A stretch of 64,000 bases of DNA from Amoeboaphelidium protococcarum X5 (GCA_023515725.1 JALDTO010000266.1:1279580-1343579), one strand, 5' to 3'. Positions 39,143-52,870 are shown, counted from the first letter of the stretch. Numbers and translations are program-made. The notes: a model not told the origin generated them from the sequence alone.

Positions 39143-40555
39143 ATGACTGTTTCTGAGCCTCAGACTTTAAGCGCTGACAGCAGAACTGCACTGTTGTAAA
39201 AGAAGAAGTTGCAGCAACATCAAAATCCAACATGGGGTCGTTAGCATGCTCCAGACTTTGTCAGTGTGGCTACTTGTGCAATGATTATGGCCTTCTGTCC
39301 TTTCATGGTTGTCTATTTTTGGATGGCATGCGATAGTTACCAGTGCTCTCTGTCTGAACCGTTAACTCTCCTCTACAAGCTTGGCTTTACTGAAAGCGCT
39401 TTCCGTTCCGTGATTGTCGACAAGTTGCCTGCTATTGACTGGAATGGCATGAAGTTGTATGCTGCGTGGCTGGGTTTCCAGGGTCTGTTGCACGCGTTTT
39501 TGCCTGGCAAGTTGGCATATGGCTAGAACACACCTGCTGGGCACTTGTTACAGTACAATGTGAATGGACTGCAGGCTTGGATGTTGACTCATGCGCTCTT
39601 TATCGCTGGATCTTTCTACTTTAAGCTGTTTAGCCCAACCATTATCTATGATTACTGGGGAACTCTGCTGGTGGCTACCAATGTGTATGGATACTTTCTG
39701 TCTGCATTTGTCTATGTGAAGGCTCACCTGTTCCCAACGCATGCCGGCGATCGCAAGTTCTCTGGCTCGCTGATTTACGATTTCTTTTTCGGCATCGAAT
39801 TCAATCCTCGTTTCGGAAAGCTGTGGGATTTCAAGTTGTTTCACAATGGTCGCATCGGAATTGTGGCTTGGACTCTGATCAATCTGTCGTTTGCTGCTGC
39901 CCAGTACTAGCAGATTGGATATGTCACCAATTCTATGGTGCTGGTCAACTGGCTGCACTTTTTATATGTTATTGACTTTTTCATTAATGAGGAGTGGTAC
40001 TTGAAGACTGTAGACATTTGCCATGATCATATGGGATTCTATCTGGCTTGGGGTGATGCATGCTGGCTGCCATTCATGTACACTCTGTAGTCGCACTATC
40101 TGGTCCGCAATCCTGTTGACTTGCACCCGCTTGTCTTCGCTGCCGTCTTTGGTGTTGGTATGTTTGGCTACTACATCTTTAGAGCTGTCAATCACCAGAA
40201 GGACTTTGTACGTAAGCATGACGGCAACTGCTTGATTTGGGGTAAGCCTGCCAAATTTGTACGTGCCAAGTACACTACTACCGATGGAAAGGAACATTCT
40301 TCCATTTTATTGGCCTCTGGTTGGTGGGGATTGGCAAGACATTTCAACTACACTGGTGATTTGATCTTGTCTTTTGCAATGTGCGCTTCTTGTGGATTCC
40401 AACACTTGCTGCCATACTTTTACATTATTTACATGACTATTCTGTTGTTGACTAGAATCCGCCGTGACGATGCTCGCTGCTCTGGCAAGTATGGAAAATA
40501 TTGGGAGGATTACAAGAAGTTGGTCAGATGGTAGCTGATTCCTTACGTTTACTGA
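39143..40555 (+). CDS. DHCR7: 7-dehydrocholesterol (sterol delta-7) reductase
   Basis: '[17 protein letters not shown]', '[29 protein letters not shown]', '[26 protein letters not shown]', 'ARHFNYTGD', '[11 protein letters not shown]'. Reads as DHCR7/DWF5 type rather than ERG24/ERG4. Confidence 0.9.
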
Positions 40556-40855
40556 TCAGAATTTTGACATGACATTATTATATTCATTGGTGTGCAAAAA
40601 TGTTTGTATTCTTCACTTTACAGACATACTTCATCTTTTACACTATATGCGAATCTTAGTAGTTTATAACACTTTAATATCAGTCTCTAAGTGTCTTTCA
40701 ATTCTTTGGCAAAGCAGTTTCAACCTTTGCGGCCTGATCAGCCGATTGTCAGATGAACGCTATGAGATATAAAACATCCTAAAATGTATATTGTTTTTCT
40801 ATAGGATACAAATTGCAAATTATTGATAGAGAAGCATGAAATTTGTACCAAAAAT

Positions 40856-40927
40856 AGGCGCTACTCGGAATCGAACCAAGGTCTCCAGAGTCAAAGTCTG
40901 ACGTGATAACCATTACACAATAGCGCC
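40856..40927 (-). tRNA. tRNA-Gln (anticodon UUG), intronless, 72 nt
   Basis: Reverse complement GGCGCTA TT GTGTAATGGTTATCAC G TCAGA CTTTGAC TCTGG AGAC CTTGG TTCGATT CCGAG TAGCGCC T folds into a cloverleaf; anticodon at 40892-40894. Confidence 0.95.
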
Positions 40928-41338
40928 TATCAGGAATAGACCCTGGTACTCAAAAATTTTGCGCCTAGCTGGATTAAATATCGACGGCTTATTTTTGCAA
41001 AATATTTGCACTATTAGCGTTAACATTGTTTCAAATGCCCCTATTTGCGATAAACAGTACATCTCGAAAATTGAAGTATCGCATGCAAATTTATACGCCC
41101 CACACATGGCTACCAATATAAACATAGTGGAATGATGATTTATGTTCTACTTTTGATTCAGTCCTAGTACTTTGAGTTTGTGTGTGGGCTGTCTATTACT
41201 GTGTTCCGGTGCATACGATTCTCCGCTGGAGTGTTGACACGAAACAAACGTTACAATCCTACACACAAAATAGAAGACTGCATATTTAATTAAAAGAATT
41301 CACATTTATTCGTTTCATACAATAATTTATAGCAATCA

Positions 41339-42272
41339 TCACGTGTAGCGGAATCTTACATAATCAACGTAAACATAGAATGGACCTTTGGTATGGTCAA
41401 CTGTACCAGCCCATCCCGATGTCTGAGTGCCGTCCCTACAAAGATTGAGAATGAAACATAATCCAAGTAATACAGAAAAACTTACCAAATTCCAATCTAG
41501 ACATGCATAGGCCTCTTTGGATACGGGTTTACTCCATCATTTTTGACAGTTCTGACAACATTCCCATTAATGTAATACTTTATGCGCTTCTTGTTAAAAT
41601 CAATGGCATAAGTCTGAAATACTTCAGACGTGTCATAAGGAGATGTGAATCCTTCCACATTAGTGTAATTTAACACAGAATCCACAAAGAAATTAGTCTA
41701 AACGTTGCGTCTAATCTTACCCACCCATTCAAAATCAATTTCATCAGCCTTCTCATGTGGATCGCGGGAGCTCATCAGAATGAAAGACGTAACAACACCT
41801 GAAGTTGTAGCTGTTTTAATTCTAGCCTCAAAATACCCTTCTTTAAACTTTTTCTTTGAAGATAAACGAGTACCACAGACAGAGTCCATTCTCAAAGTGA
41901 TTATACCATCTTTCATCCATACATTGTTTGGGCAGTAGTCCACGGTGAAGTTGAAGTGTCTGAAACCATCAAATTCCTCGATGTCAGAACGAGGATAGCT
42001 CACTTTGGGGAATATAGAAGGTCTGCAAGTTAAGCAAGCACCACAAACACAATCGCAACCACTACATAGATATAACGTGCTGACTCTATAATACACCGAT
42101 AGTATATAAAAGCATACCAATACTGCGGGCCAGTTCCGCAATTTCCCTCGCTATTGCGACACTTGCTAATATCATCGCAGCAATCGCCAGAATAGTCTTT
42201 AGCTATAAAGTCGCCCTTTAGACTAGTAAGAGTACTCAATATGACCAAAAGTACAGCCAAAGTAGTGAACAT
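41339..42272 (-). CDS. Secreted GH16 (Crh/Utr2-like) transglycosylase/glucanase with N-terminal hevein/CBM18-like Cys module; introns 42062-42117 and 41436-41485
   Basis: Signal peptide, 'CCDD...GNCGTGPQYC|GCDCVCGAC', 'SGVVTSFIL', catalytic 'DEIDFEWVG', 'IW|DGTQTSGWAG'. Confidence 0.9.
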
Positions 42273-42569
42273 TCTATGGCAACCAATATTTAACTTGCAA
42301 ATTCTGATAGTTGAAACAGAATTGAAAAGAGACGTGACGAAACGCGATGTTTCACTTTTCAGATTTCAACTTTTCCCAAATAGGCAATCCGAGTCACTTG
42401 GCGATGTGGACGACTTTGGAAGTTATCGTTTTTAAAGATCGTCTGATTTGGCTGCTTTAGTTCGGAAGACAATGAGTGGTTTTTTATCATGGCTTTGTTA
42501 ACGAAAACTCTGGCTTATCGTCTTTTCATCTTTCGTGTCGCGTCGTTTGATCACATATAACATCCCAAT

Positions 42570-43816
42570 ATGAGCTAGCAAAGTTCTGACTAAGAGTAAA
42601 AAAAACTACGTAGGACTGAAATAAATGTTACTCAAACTGATTTATGTGTAGGCTTGGTATTGATCTTGGATAGCTCAAGGAGTACCTACATTAACAATTG
42701 AAACTTAATGCTGAAAAAAAGTTTCGAGTCAAAAAGTTCTCACAAGGCCAATCTAATCCGACATACTTATTGGAATGTGATGGGCTTAAGTTGGTGTTGC
42801 GCAGAAAGCCTCATGGTAAACTATTATCCCAGACGGCTCACAACATATATCGAGAGTTTATTATGATGGAAGCCATGTCAACGTGTAACGTCCCTGTCCC
42901 TAAAATGTTGGACTATTGTCGCAATTTGTCGGTGATTGGAACTGAGTTCTACTTGATGCAATACGTCGCCGGTCCCAATTATAAAGATGTAGGAGACGTG
43001 TGTTCATCCATGCTCTAAAACTCAAATGCTATATTGGATGTTTACGGCAGTCTTATAAGTGTACTCGCTAAAATTCACTCAGTTGATGTTCAACTCTATC
43101 CCAATCTATAGAAAATCTACAAGCCTGGCTCCTTTTACCAGCGATAAATTCGCACTCTTGGTAAAGTTTCTCTAAGCTAGGCGCAAGTCATTGGTGCCAA
43201 GTTGATGTATTTTGATGAATTGATTGATTTCTATAGTGGTTCGATTGATCAATTCAGTAAATATGCAACTAGATCAACAGTGGTTCATGGCGACTACAAG
43301 TTAGACAATTGTATATTCACCAATGACGAGCAGTGTAAAGTTGCGGCTGTGTTGGACTGGGAACTCTCGTCAGTTGCTGATTATCCTGGCGCTTTAAGCG
43401 ATCTTGCAAACTTATTACTACCATTTTTTATTCATGGGACCTTTGTAGGTGGCATGACAGGATTGGCTGAGCATCAGGGTGGACTTTATACTATTGAGAA
43501 GTTATCTGCAGGTTTTGTAGTTCCTCATGTATCTGTGTTCTTGCAACAATACTGTGATGCAGTTAAAATCATAGATTTTGAGTAGCTAAAAGCCATCTGG
43601 CCCTTCTGTGTGTCGTTCTCCTTCTTCAGAATGGCTGTAATATTGTAGGGAATAGGAGCTAGGCTAGTTCGTGGCCAAGCGTCTGCGTCTAATTCTATAG
43701 CACAATAGTACGCGTCATATGCAGATCCATGCTGTTAAATTGCGTGGTAGATAGCTCAAACTGGATTAGAAGATTACTTACACCACGGCTTAAGACTAAA
43801 TCAAGCGAAATTATGA
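42570..43816 (+). CDS. APH/ACAD10-11-like phosphotransferase with C-terminal PTS1 (-AKL); intron 42596-42651
   Basis: 'FSQGQSNPTY', 'VLRRKPHGKLLSQTAHNIYRE', 'HGDYKLDN', 'VLDWELS', 'FRMAVILQGIGAR'; ends QAKL-TGA. Confidence 0.9.
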
Positions 43817-44220
43817 GAGTTAAACTATTCGAGATATCAATGAGAAGAATTAAACAGTTTAATATACTAAAATTCATTGATAATTATTCTAATAACCGAA
43901 TTTCTGGGTATAAGGTTTCGAAAGCGTTTCACTTGCGCACGTCATTCAGATGATGGCAAGTAAAGTGATGAAGGTGAAACGAGATCTTTCACAAGGCCGA
44001 GACACAACAATAATCGCCTTGCGTTAAATGCGCCACACTCGTCAACCGAAACGCGTCTTTCGACCGATCGTTTCGCGTTCCGGTGCCGCCGTTGATCTTC
44101 TCCTGATATCAACAACATCATTTAGTCGTATCTACCTAGTAGCATCTAGCTTTGATATTCAATTCAGCCTTTCCATTATCCTACGAAGACTATTATCGTA
44201 TAAGAGTTCAATTGTTGAAC

Positions 44221-47200
44221 ATGACTTTGCAATAACCAAACGGTGGAATAATTGAGAGTCAACCAAGTTCTCCTGGTATCACGCACGATCTTGCCTCTCT
44301 GCCTGATCTGAATGGTGATTATGAGATTGGCCTCCTCACGGTGAAGAATGGCTCTGCGTATCAAGGCATATCTTTTGGTGCAACTAAGAGTGTGTCTGGT
44401 GAGCTGGTGTTTCAGACAGGAATGGTTGGCTATGTCGAGAGTTTGACTGATCCTAGCTATTGTGGCTAGATTCTGGTGTTGACTTACCCGCTGATCGGTA
44501 ACTATGGTGTCCCTTCATGGCAAGACGTGGATAAAGCTTTGAATGACTTGCCTCGTTATTTCGAGAGTCACAAGATCCACGTTGCTGGTCTTATTGTAGC
44601 CAGTTACACGGAGGAGTATTCTCATTATCTTGCCAAGTCATCTCTGGCTGCATGGTTGAAGAAGGAGGGAGTACCTGCATTATGGGGCATTGATACTAGA
44701 GTGCTGACGCAGATGATTCGTGATAATGGATCCATGCTGGGTAGTATTGTTTTTGGTGATAGTTCGCCAGTGTTGTTTGGTCAGTAGTTCACCGCGAACG
44801 ATTTCGTCTCTTTGCCTTTTGAGGATCCTAATGAGCTGGACCTGGTGGCAAAGGTGTCGTGTAAAGAGCCAAAGTTGTATGCTGCTCCAAAAGATTCTGC
44901 AGTAGTGGGCTCTTCCGGAAAGACTCTGAGAATCTTAGCCTTGGACGTTGGTATGAAGTACAACTAGATTCGTTGCTTTAACAAGTATGGCGTTGATGTC
45001 CTAGTTGTTCCTCATGACTATGATTTTGTGGCCTAATAAGCAGAATATGATGGTTTCTTTTTGAGTAACGGTCCTGGTGATCCAAAGCAATGCCAAAAGG
45101 TCATCAATAAGCTGTCTTAGTTGATCAAAAGTCAGACTAAGCCAATCTTTGGTATCTGTCTTGGTCATTAATTGTTAGCTTTAGCTGCCGGTGCCCAGAC
45201 CAGTAAAATGAAGTTTGGTAATCGCGGTCACAATATTCCATGTACTGATTTGCTGACTGGTCGTTGTTACATCACTAGTCAGAATCATGGATATGCAGTT
45301 GATGCATCTTCTCTTCCAGATGGATGGAAAGAGTATTTTGCCAACGCCAATGATGGATCTAACGAAGGAATTTACCACTAGTCACTGCCATATTTCTCCG
45401 TCCAGTTCCACCCTGAAAGCAATGCTGGTCCTAAAGATACTGAATTCTTATTTCAAAAGTACATTGAAGTAGTGCGCAGTTGTTCTGTTAGTGGCAAATT
45501 GGCTTAATTTCCTTTTCCAAGTTCTAGTGAAGTGTTAAAGCCTAACAAAGTCAATGTTAAGAAGGTTCTTATCTTGGGATCTGGTGGACTAAGTATCGGC
45601 CAGGCTGGAGAATTCGATTACTCTGGCTCACAGGCAATCAAGGCACTGAAAGAGGAAGGTATTTACACTGTGTTGATCAATCCGAATATCGCCACTATTC
45701 AAACGTCAAAAGGATTAGCTGATAAAGTCTATTTCCTGCCTGTTACTCCTGATTTTGTGCGTAAAGTGATTTAGCATGAAAAGCCTGATGGTATTTACGT
45801 TTCATTTGGTGGTTAGACTGCACTTAATTGCGGTATCAAGATGAAGGATGAATTTGAGTAGTTGGGTGTCAAAGTTCTGGGTACTCCGATAGAGACTGTG
45901 ATTATGACTGAAGATCGAGAGCTATTTGCGTGCAAAATGGCAGAGATCGGTGAGAAGTGTGCCGAGAGTGCCAGTGCACAAACCGTCAAGGAAGCTTTAG
46001 ATGCTGCACGCAAGATTGGATATCCTGTTATTGCCAGAGCTGCTTTTGCTTTGGGTGGTCTTGGAAGTGGATTTGCGTAGAATGAGAAGGAATTGACCGA
46101 ATTGTGTAATAAGGCTTTTGCTGTTAGTCCGCAAGTTCTGGTGGAAAAGAGTATGAAAGGCTGGAAAGAGATTGAGTACGAAGTGGTGCGAGATTGTAAT
46201 GATAACTGTATCACAGTCTGTAATATGGAGAATTTTGATCCGCTTGGTATTCACACTGGTGATAGCATAGTGGTGTGTCCATCGCAGACTTTGTCTGATG
46301 AAGATTATAATATGCTTAGATCTACCGCTGTTAACGTTATTCGTCACTTGGGCGTGGTTGGTGAGTGTAATATCCAATATGCTTTGAATCCAGACACCAA
46401 GCAGTATTGTATTATCGAAGTCAATGCGAGATTATCGCGCTCTTCTGCTCTGGCAAGTAAAGCTACTGGCTATCCTTTGGCGTTCGTTGCTGCTAAGCTC
46501 GGCCTCAATATTCCACTGAATGAACTCAAGAACAATGTGACCAAGGTGACATGTGCCTGCTTTGAGCCTAGTTTAGATTATGTCGTCGTGAAGATGCCGC
46601 GTTGGGATTTGAAAAAGTTTACCCGTGTAAGTACTAAAGTCGGCTCTGCTATGAAGAGTGTCGGTGAAGTTATGTCTATTGGTAGATCTTTTGAGGAGAC
46701 GATTTAGAAGGCGCTGCGTTGCATTGATGGTCAGTTCTTGGGATTCAGTGATAACCAGATTGTGCCTGATAGTGAGATTGAAGACGAGCTGAGACATCCC
46801 TCCGACAAGAGAGTTTTTGCCATTGCCAGAGCGTTCCATTTGGGCAAGTTTACCGTTGATCAGGTGTGGTAGTTGACATCGATCGATAAATGGTTTTTAA
46901 ACAAGTTGTATGGAATTGTGCAGCTTGATAAACGTATTCGTGAATTCAAGTCTTCAGTTATTCCAGTGCCTGTCCTCAAGTATGCCAAGTAGATTGGATT
47001 TGCTGATAAACAGATTGCTCATTTGGTCGCTTCATCTGAAATGGCCGTTAGGAAGTATCGTGTGGAGAATGGCATTCTTCCATTTGTGAAGTAGATTGAC
47101 ACTGTTGCTGCGGAATCTCCAGCGTTCACCAACTATCTGTATATGACCTATAATGCATCCAGTCACGACGTTCAATTTAATGATTCTGGTGTCATAGTAC

Positions 47201-50200
47201 TCGGCTCTGGTGTGTATAGAATTGGTAGCTCTGTCGAGTTTGACTGGTGCGCTGTGAGAACTATCAGAACTCTGCGCGAGAATGGTCAAAAGACTGTCAT
47301 GATCAACTTCAACCCAGAGACTGTGAGCACTGATTATGATGAAGCGGACAGATTGTACTTTGAGAACATTACGCTTGAAAAGGTGTTGGATATATATCAG
47401 CTTGAATAATCTACTGGTGTTGTTGTGAGCATGGGTGGCCAAACCTCGAACAATATTGCCTTGCAGCTGCACAGAGAGAATGTCAAGGTTCTAGGTACCA
47501 GTCCGGAGTAGATTGATGGTGCAGAGAACAGATATAAATTCAGTCGAATGTGTGATAGCATTGAGGTGGACCAGCCACAGTGGAAAGAATTATCCAATTT
47601 GAATGATGCCCAGATGTTCTGTGATAAGGTTGGATTCCCCGTTCTAGTTAGACCATCATACGTGCTCAGTGGTGCGGCGATGAATGTTGTGTATTCTGCC
47701 GAGGATTTGGAAAGTTATCTTAAGCAAGCTGTCGCTGTGTCTCAGGAACATCCTGTAGTTATCAGCAAGTTCATCGAGGATGCGAAAGAGATCGAAATGG
47801 ATGCTGTAGCAAAAGATGGTGTTGTGATCCACCAAGTTATCAGTGAGCATGTGGAGAATGCTGGCGTTCACTCTGGAGACGCGACGTTGATTCTGCCGCC
47901 ACAGGACTTGGAAAAGATCACGGTGCGCAAGATTTAAGAGGCGACTCAGAAAATTGCTACTGCTCTGAATGTTACTGGCCCTTTCAATATCTAGTTTATT
48001 GCCAAAGATAATCAGATTAAAGTTATTGAATGCAATGTCAGAGCGTCGCGTTCATTCCCATTTGTTTCTAAAGTTCTTGGTGTAGACATGATTGAACTGG
48101 CTACCAAGATTATGCTTGGTCTTCCGTATGATGATGTGTTTAAATCACGTAGAGATGGAAGGAACTTTGTGTGCGTTAAAGTACCTCAGTTTAGTTTTGG
48201 TAGGTTGAGCGGTTCTGATCCAGTACTGGGTGTCGAAATGTCTTCCACAGGAGAAGTGGCTTGCTTTGGTCGCGATAAGTATGAAGCTTATTTGAAGGCG
48301 CTGCTGTCGACTGGCTTCAAGATGCCGAAGAAGAATATTCTTTTATCCATTGGATCGTATAAGGAGAAGTAGGAGTTCTTACCGTCTGTATTCAAGCTTA
48401 TGAAAATGGGGTTTGTGATTTATGCCACTGCTGGTACGGCAGACTTTATTTCTGAGCATGGCATTCCGGTGAAGATGTTGGAGAGTTATGAGGACCATCC
48501 ACAGAGTTAGGGTAAGCCGGAGTACAGTTTGCAAGAGCATTTGTCCAACAACTTGATTGACTTGTACATCAATTTGCCATCGCGTAATAAGTACAGAAGA
48601 CCAGCTAGTTACATGTCGAAAGGCTATATCTCTAGAAGATTGGCGGTGGACATGTCCATTCCTTTAATTACAAATGTAAAATGTGCCAAGTTGTTTGTGG
48701 AGGCTCTGACTAGATAGTTTCCTCTGGACGTCACGCACTTGGATTGTCAAAGCAGCCATTAGACTGTTAAGTTGCCTGCGTTTATTGATGTTGGCTGCTA
48801 TCTTTCAGATGTGTCGCAGGCGAAGTAGGTTTCAAAGAATCTGGTACAGAATGGTTTTGGCGTGGCTCATTTCTGGTGTAATCAGAAAGTTGACGGCAAG
48901 TTGGATGTTAATTTCGTTCAATCTGAGTCACTGCAAGCTGATAGTGTGCTGGATGTCTCTTCTGGTAGAATCTGTCTAGATTTGACGCGTAATGCCATTG
49001 ATCTAGCAAAGTTGTAGTCTTTATTCGCTTAGCTGAAAAGTGGGGTGGAGCAGAGACTATTCGTGAGAGCTTCTGAATAATAGCTTACCTCCGTGTTGCT
49101 TCTTGCTAGTCTTGGTGATGTCAAAGTTCATGTCAGTGGTGTCTAAAGCGATAGTGATATTGCTATACTCGTATTAGCAAAGTAGCGCGGAATGAATGTA
49201 ACTTTTGATGTGCCAATCCCTTACCTGTGTGCTCAAAGTGATACCGAATCTGCAGTATGGCAAAACGTCGAGCACATTGATTGTCTTTCAAGCGGTGATC
49301 ATGTGAATGGTGACAGCGTCGACTGCAATCTTGTTTCTCTGCTGATGACTGCTGTGATGGATGGAAAGTTGTCGATGAAGTCGCTCATGCAAAAGCTGTA
49401 CGTCAATCCTGCCTAGATTTTATCTATCGTTCCTAAAGATGATTGCTATGTTGAGGTTGAAGTTGATAGAGTGGTGCAGGTCAGCGACAAAGCAGTGTCT
49501 CAGCAGAGACTGGTAGGTAGTGTGTCTAGAGTGGTGGTGAATTAGAATGCGATAGTTATTGACGGTCGCTTCGTGGACACTGCTCCAAAGACTGGATAGA
49601 CGCTGAACATGGTTAATGTTTCATCAATTGCCGGTTCCGGTGCGTTGAGTGCACCTGTAGATGCTGCCCCTAGAGCTGTGTATCAAGCTGAAGATGGCGA
49701 TCTGCTGAATCACAAAAAGCAACATTCCCCAGTCAAGAGTTAATCTCAGATTGTCACGTAAAGTCAGGAGCAACTCGGTAGCAGAAGGGCAAGAGAAGCC
49801 AGTGTCACGCCGTCAGAGGCTGGTAAGTTGACCAAGACGCCGTTCTATCGTTAGAATATTTTGAGTGTGAAGCAGTTTACTCGCGCTGAGCTGCATATTC
49901 TATTCAATGCTGCCCACGAAATGCGCACAATTGTGGAGAGACATGGTTCTGCTAATATTCTGGCTGGTAAAGTTTTATGCAATCTATTCTATGAACCGTC
50001 TACTAGGACCAGTGTTTCTTTTGAGACTGCAATGATTAGACTGGGTGGGTAGGTGGTGAATGTGTCACAGTAAGGTTCGTCCGTTCAGAAGGGGGAATCG
50101 CTAGAGGATACGGTAAGAACTGTGGCATGTTATGCCGATGCTGTTGCCCTGCGTCACCCTGAAATTGGATCGTGTCAGCAGGCTGCCAAAGTGTCCAAAG

Positions 50201-50760
50201 TGCCTGTGATCAATGCTGGCGATGGTATTGGTGAACACCCAACTCAGGCGTTCCTGGATGTTTACACTATCAGGGAGGAGTTGGGAACTGTCAATGGACT
50301 GAACATTACCGTGGTTGGTGATTTGAAGAATGGCAGAACGGTGCACAGTCTGGTGAAGATTCTCGCTCTGTACGATGTCAAGGTGAATTATGTCGCACCG
50401 CCTGGCCTTGAGATGCCGCAAGATCTGGTGAAAGAACTATCCAAGGCCGGCCTGTAGTAGTAGCAGTTCCAGGAGTTGAGTAATGATCTGATTGCGCGCT
50501 CTGATGTCATTTACGTCACTCGCGTGTAGAAGGAACGGTTCTCAGATGCGAAGGAGTATGAACGCGTAAAGAATGCGTTCACTATTACCAATACCACTAT
50601 GCAGAAGGCCAAGGCTCACATGATCTTGATGCATCCACTGCCAAGAGTCAATGAAATTGATCCTGAAGTTGACTTTGACTCTCGCGCTGCCTATTTCAGA
50701 CAGATGAAGTATGGTCTGTATGTTCGCATGGCACTTTTGGCATTGATCATAGGACACTGA
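44221..50760 (+). CDS. URA2: Multifunctional pyrimidine biosynthesis protein Ura2/CAD (GATase-CPSase-pseudoDHOase-ATCase), 2179 aa
   Basis: Single frame under code 6: 'SNGPGDP', 'GICLGHQ', 'VQFHPE', '[14 protein letters not shown]', '[15 protein letters not shown]', 'FYEPSTRT', 'HPTQAFLD', 'MHPLPR'. Confidence 0.98.
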
Positions 50761-51107
50761 GTTGATAACTGGTCTGAGTTGAAGTGAATTTAATGAAGGA
50801 AAGTACGAAATGAAAAGAATTATAGGAACAATAAAGAGATATTATAATAATAATAATAATAAGGATATTATAGACTTATTTGTGTGTGGCATTTCTTACC
50901 TGTTTAGTGTAGTTTTAGTTGACAATGAAGACGCAGTTAATGAATGAATTTCTTCTCGTTTCATAACGCGAAACTTTTCTCAAGGTTTTCTGTCACTCAC
51001 TCGCTGATTCTGTGTGTTGAGATTAAGACGTATTATATACAGCACGTGGATACTTCTCTGTCACTATAATTAAGCAATTAAATTAATAGCAATTGTGTTT
51101 TTTGATA

Positions 51108-52805
51108 ATGTCTAGTGGTTAGCAGTAGGATCAATAATAATAATAATAATAATAATAATAGTAGTAATAGGAGAAGAAGTGGCCTCCAGATTTGTATAAA
51201 TGGGTCCAGAGAATATTTAAGAGGATTCCAAAGGGATCTCCGCTGAGAGACACCATCACACAGAGTATAAGTGAGATCATAAATGAAGTAAAAAAGAGTC
51301 GATAGTTGTGGACTTTAGATTGGAATAATTATTAGAATGATTAGATTGAAGATTTACTCCAACAGGCTATGGATGTATCTTTGGGAATTTACGCTAATGG
51401 TGTGAATAGAAAGCGGAAGCATCAAGATAAAGCTGCATAGTAATCAAAATTTTAGTCTGAATCAATATTATTTGCATAAAGTCCAATTAAGTTTGTTAGA
51501 GGGTCTCCATAGAGTTAGCTTTAATCTTAATAAGCTTCATACAGCTCGTCCTAGCCACGAAGGAACGGCAGTAGTTCTCATGCTTCGTAATAGATTGCAA
51601 CGTCTGTCCCATAACATGTTGGCGGTAATAAGACCGCAGTAGCACATTCATCAATTTAATAGGAACCGCCTCGTATTGCGCCTTAAAAGAGGAAATAGAC
51701 GTCTCCAACTCAATTGAATGGTAATGATCAATAGCAGCAATATTAACAGCAATAACAGTAGAAGAAGATTAAGCAGTTCAAGCATATTGATCACTCTGCA
51801 GAGTCTGAGTTTAACTCCCCATAGAAATTGTAATAAAGGCGGAATCGATTTATTGCAGATAGTGGAAATGGTATGAACTTTGGCAACAACACGCCCCGTA
51901 CATTGAGTCCTCTCTCTTTCTCTATCGACGTGCATGGAGAAGCTCATCATGATAATATAAATTGCAGGATTGTAGGCACTAATCAGAGTCTAGAAAAGTA
52001 GTATCTTCGATTAACTCAAGCGCCTGATCCTTCCACTGTTCGGCCAAAGAAGATTCTTATTCGTGCCTTGCTCAAGATTAAGAATAGATGGAAGTAGAGT
52101 TTGAATGGTGACAAGACATAAGATGAGTTGAAAGAAGCGTATCTGTGGGTTAATGATCAGCTGAAAAGTATTCGGCAGGATATGACTGTGCAGATGATTC
52201 GCGAAGAGTTTACCATTTAGGTATATGAAACTCACGCTCGTATTGCATTGCAAGTCAATGATCTGGGTGAATTCAATTAGTGCTAGAGTTAGCTTAATGT
52301 AATGTATCGGCTGATTGATGATTATGGTCACAGGGAAGAGTTTGCCGCATACAGACTGCTGTATTTCCTACTTACATAGAATAAGGGAGCTGTTAATCAG
52401 TTTCTTTAAAATCTAGATAATTGTTCATATTAATTTGTGAGTAGTTAGGAAGTCACACATGCTCTGAGTGTTCGAAGTTGCCTGGCTTTGGGGGATTTCT
52501 GCAGTCTCTTTAAACTGTACGCGTCGTGTCCTAATCTGGGCCGATTTTTGATGAAAGGAATCGTGGAACGGGAGCGTGTCCGGTGCATGGCTGTAACTAG
52601 CAAGGCTATAAGACCTTCTCTGGATATCTAATGGCTCACAGAATTACTTGGATTTGATACGCGAGACGATTTATTGTAATTTTTGATTTAGTTTGGAATT
52701 GAGCCTGAAGTTGATACCATTGGGTTGGATGCTAAGCTAGTTTAAGCACAGTTCAATTAGGCCATGCAAAAGTACATGAAAGTGGACATTAAAGGTTAAC
52801 TGTGA
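51108..52805 (+). CDS. THP3: Thp3/LENG8 (SAC3/GANP-PCI domain) protein with TAR-encoded polyQ
   Basis: 'WPPDLYKWVQR', 'IVGTNQSLEKQYLRLTQAPDPSTVRP', 'DQLKSIRQDMTVQ', 'VYETHARIAL...DLGEFNQCQSQL', C-terminal 'KVDIKGQL'. Confidence 0.92.
51135..51170 (+). repeat. (TAA)8-TAG-TAG-TAA-TAG coding trinucleotide repeat (polyQ)
   Basis: Twelve consecutive in-frame TAR codons starting at codon 10 of THP3. Confidence 0.9.
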
Positions 52806-52870
52806 TTTTGTTCCAATGATTATCGCTGATTACATTTTTATTTTACAAGAATATTACATTCAAATAGAAT

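Noticed and set aside
40856-40927. tRNA-Gln as the TAA/TAG-decoding tRNA
   Set aside because: Its anticodon is UUG (reads CAA/CAG), not UUA or CUA.
44028-44255. Regulatory uORF overlapping the URA2 start
   Set aside because: Its ATG is probably upstream of the transcript start, and it does not resemble known attenuator peptides.
50844-50862. (TAA)n run after URA2 as coding polyQ or part of an array
   Set aside because: It lies downstream of the TGA in 3' UTR or intergenic DNA; a simple microsatellite.
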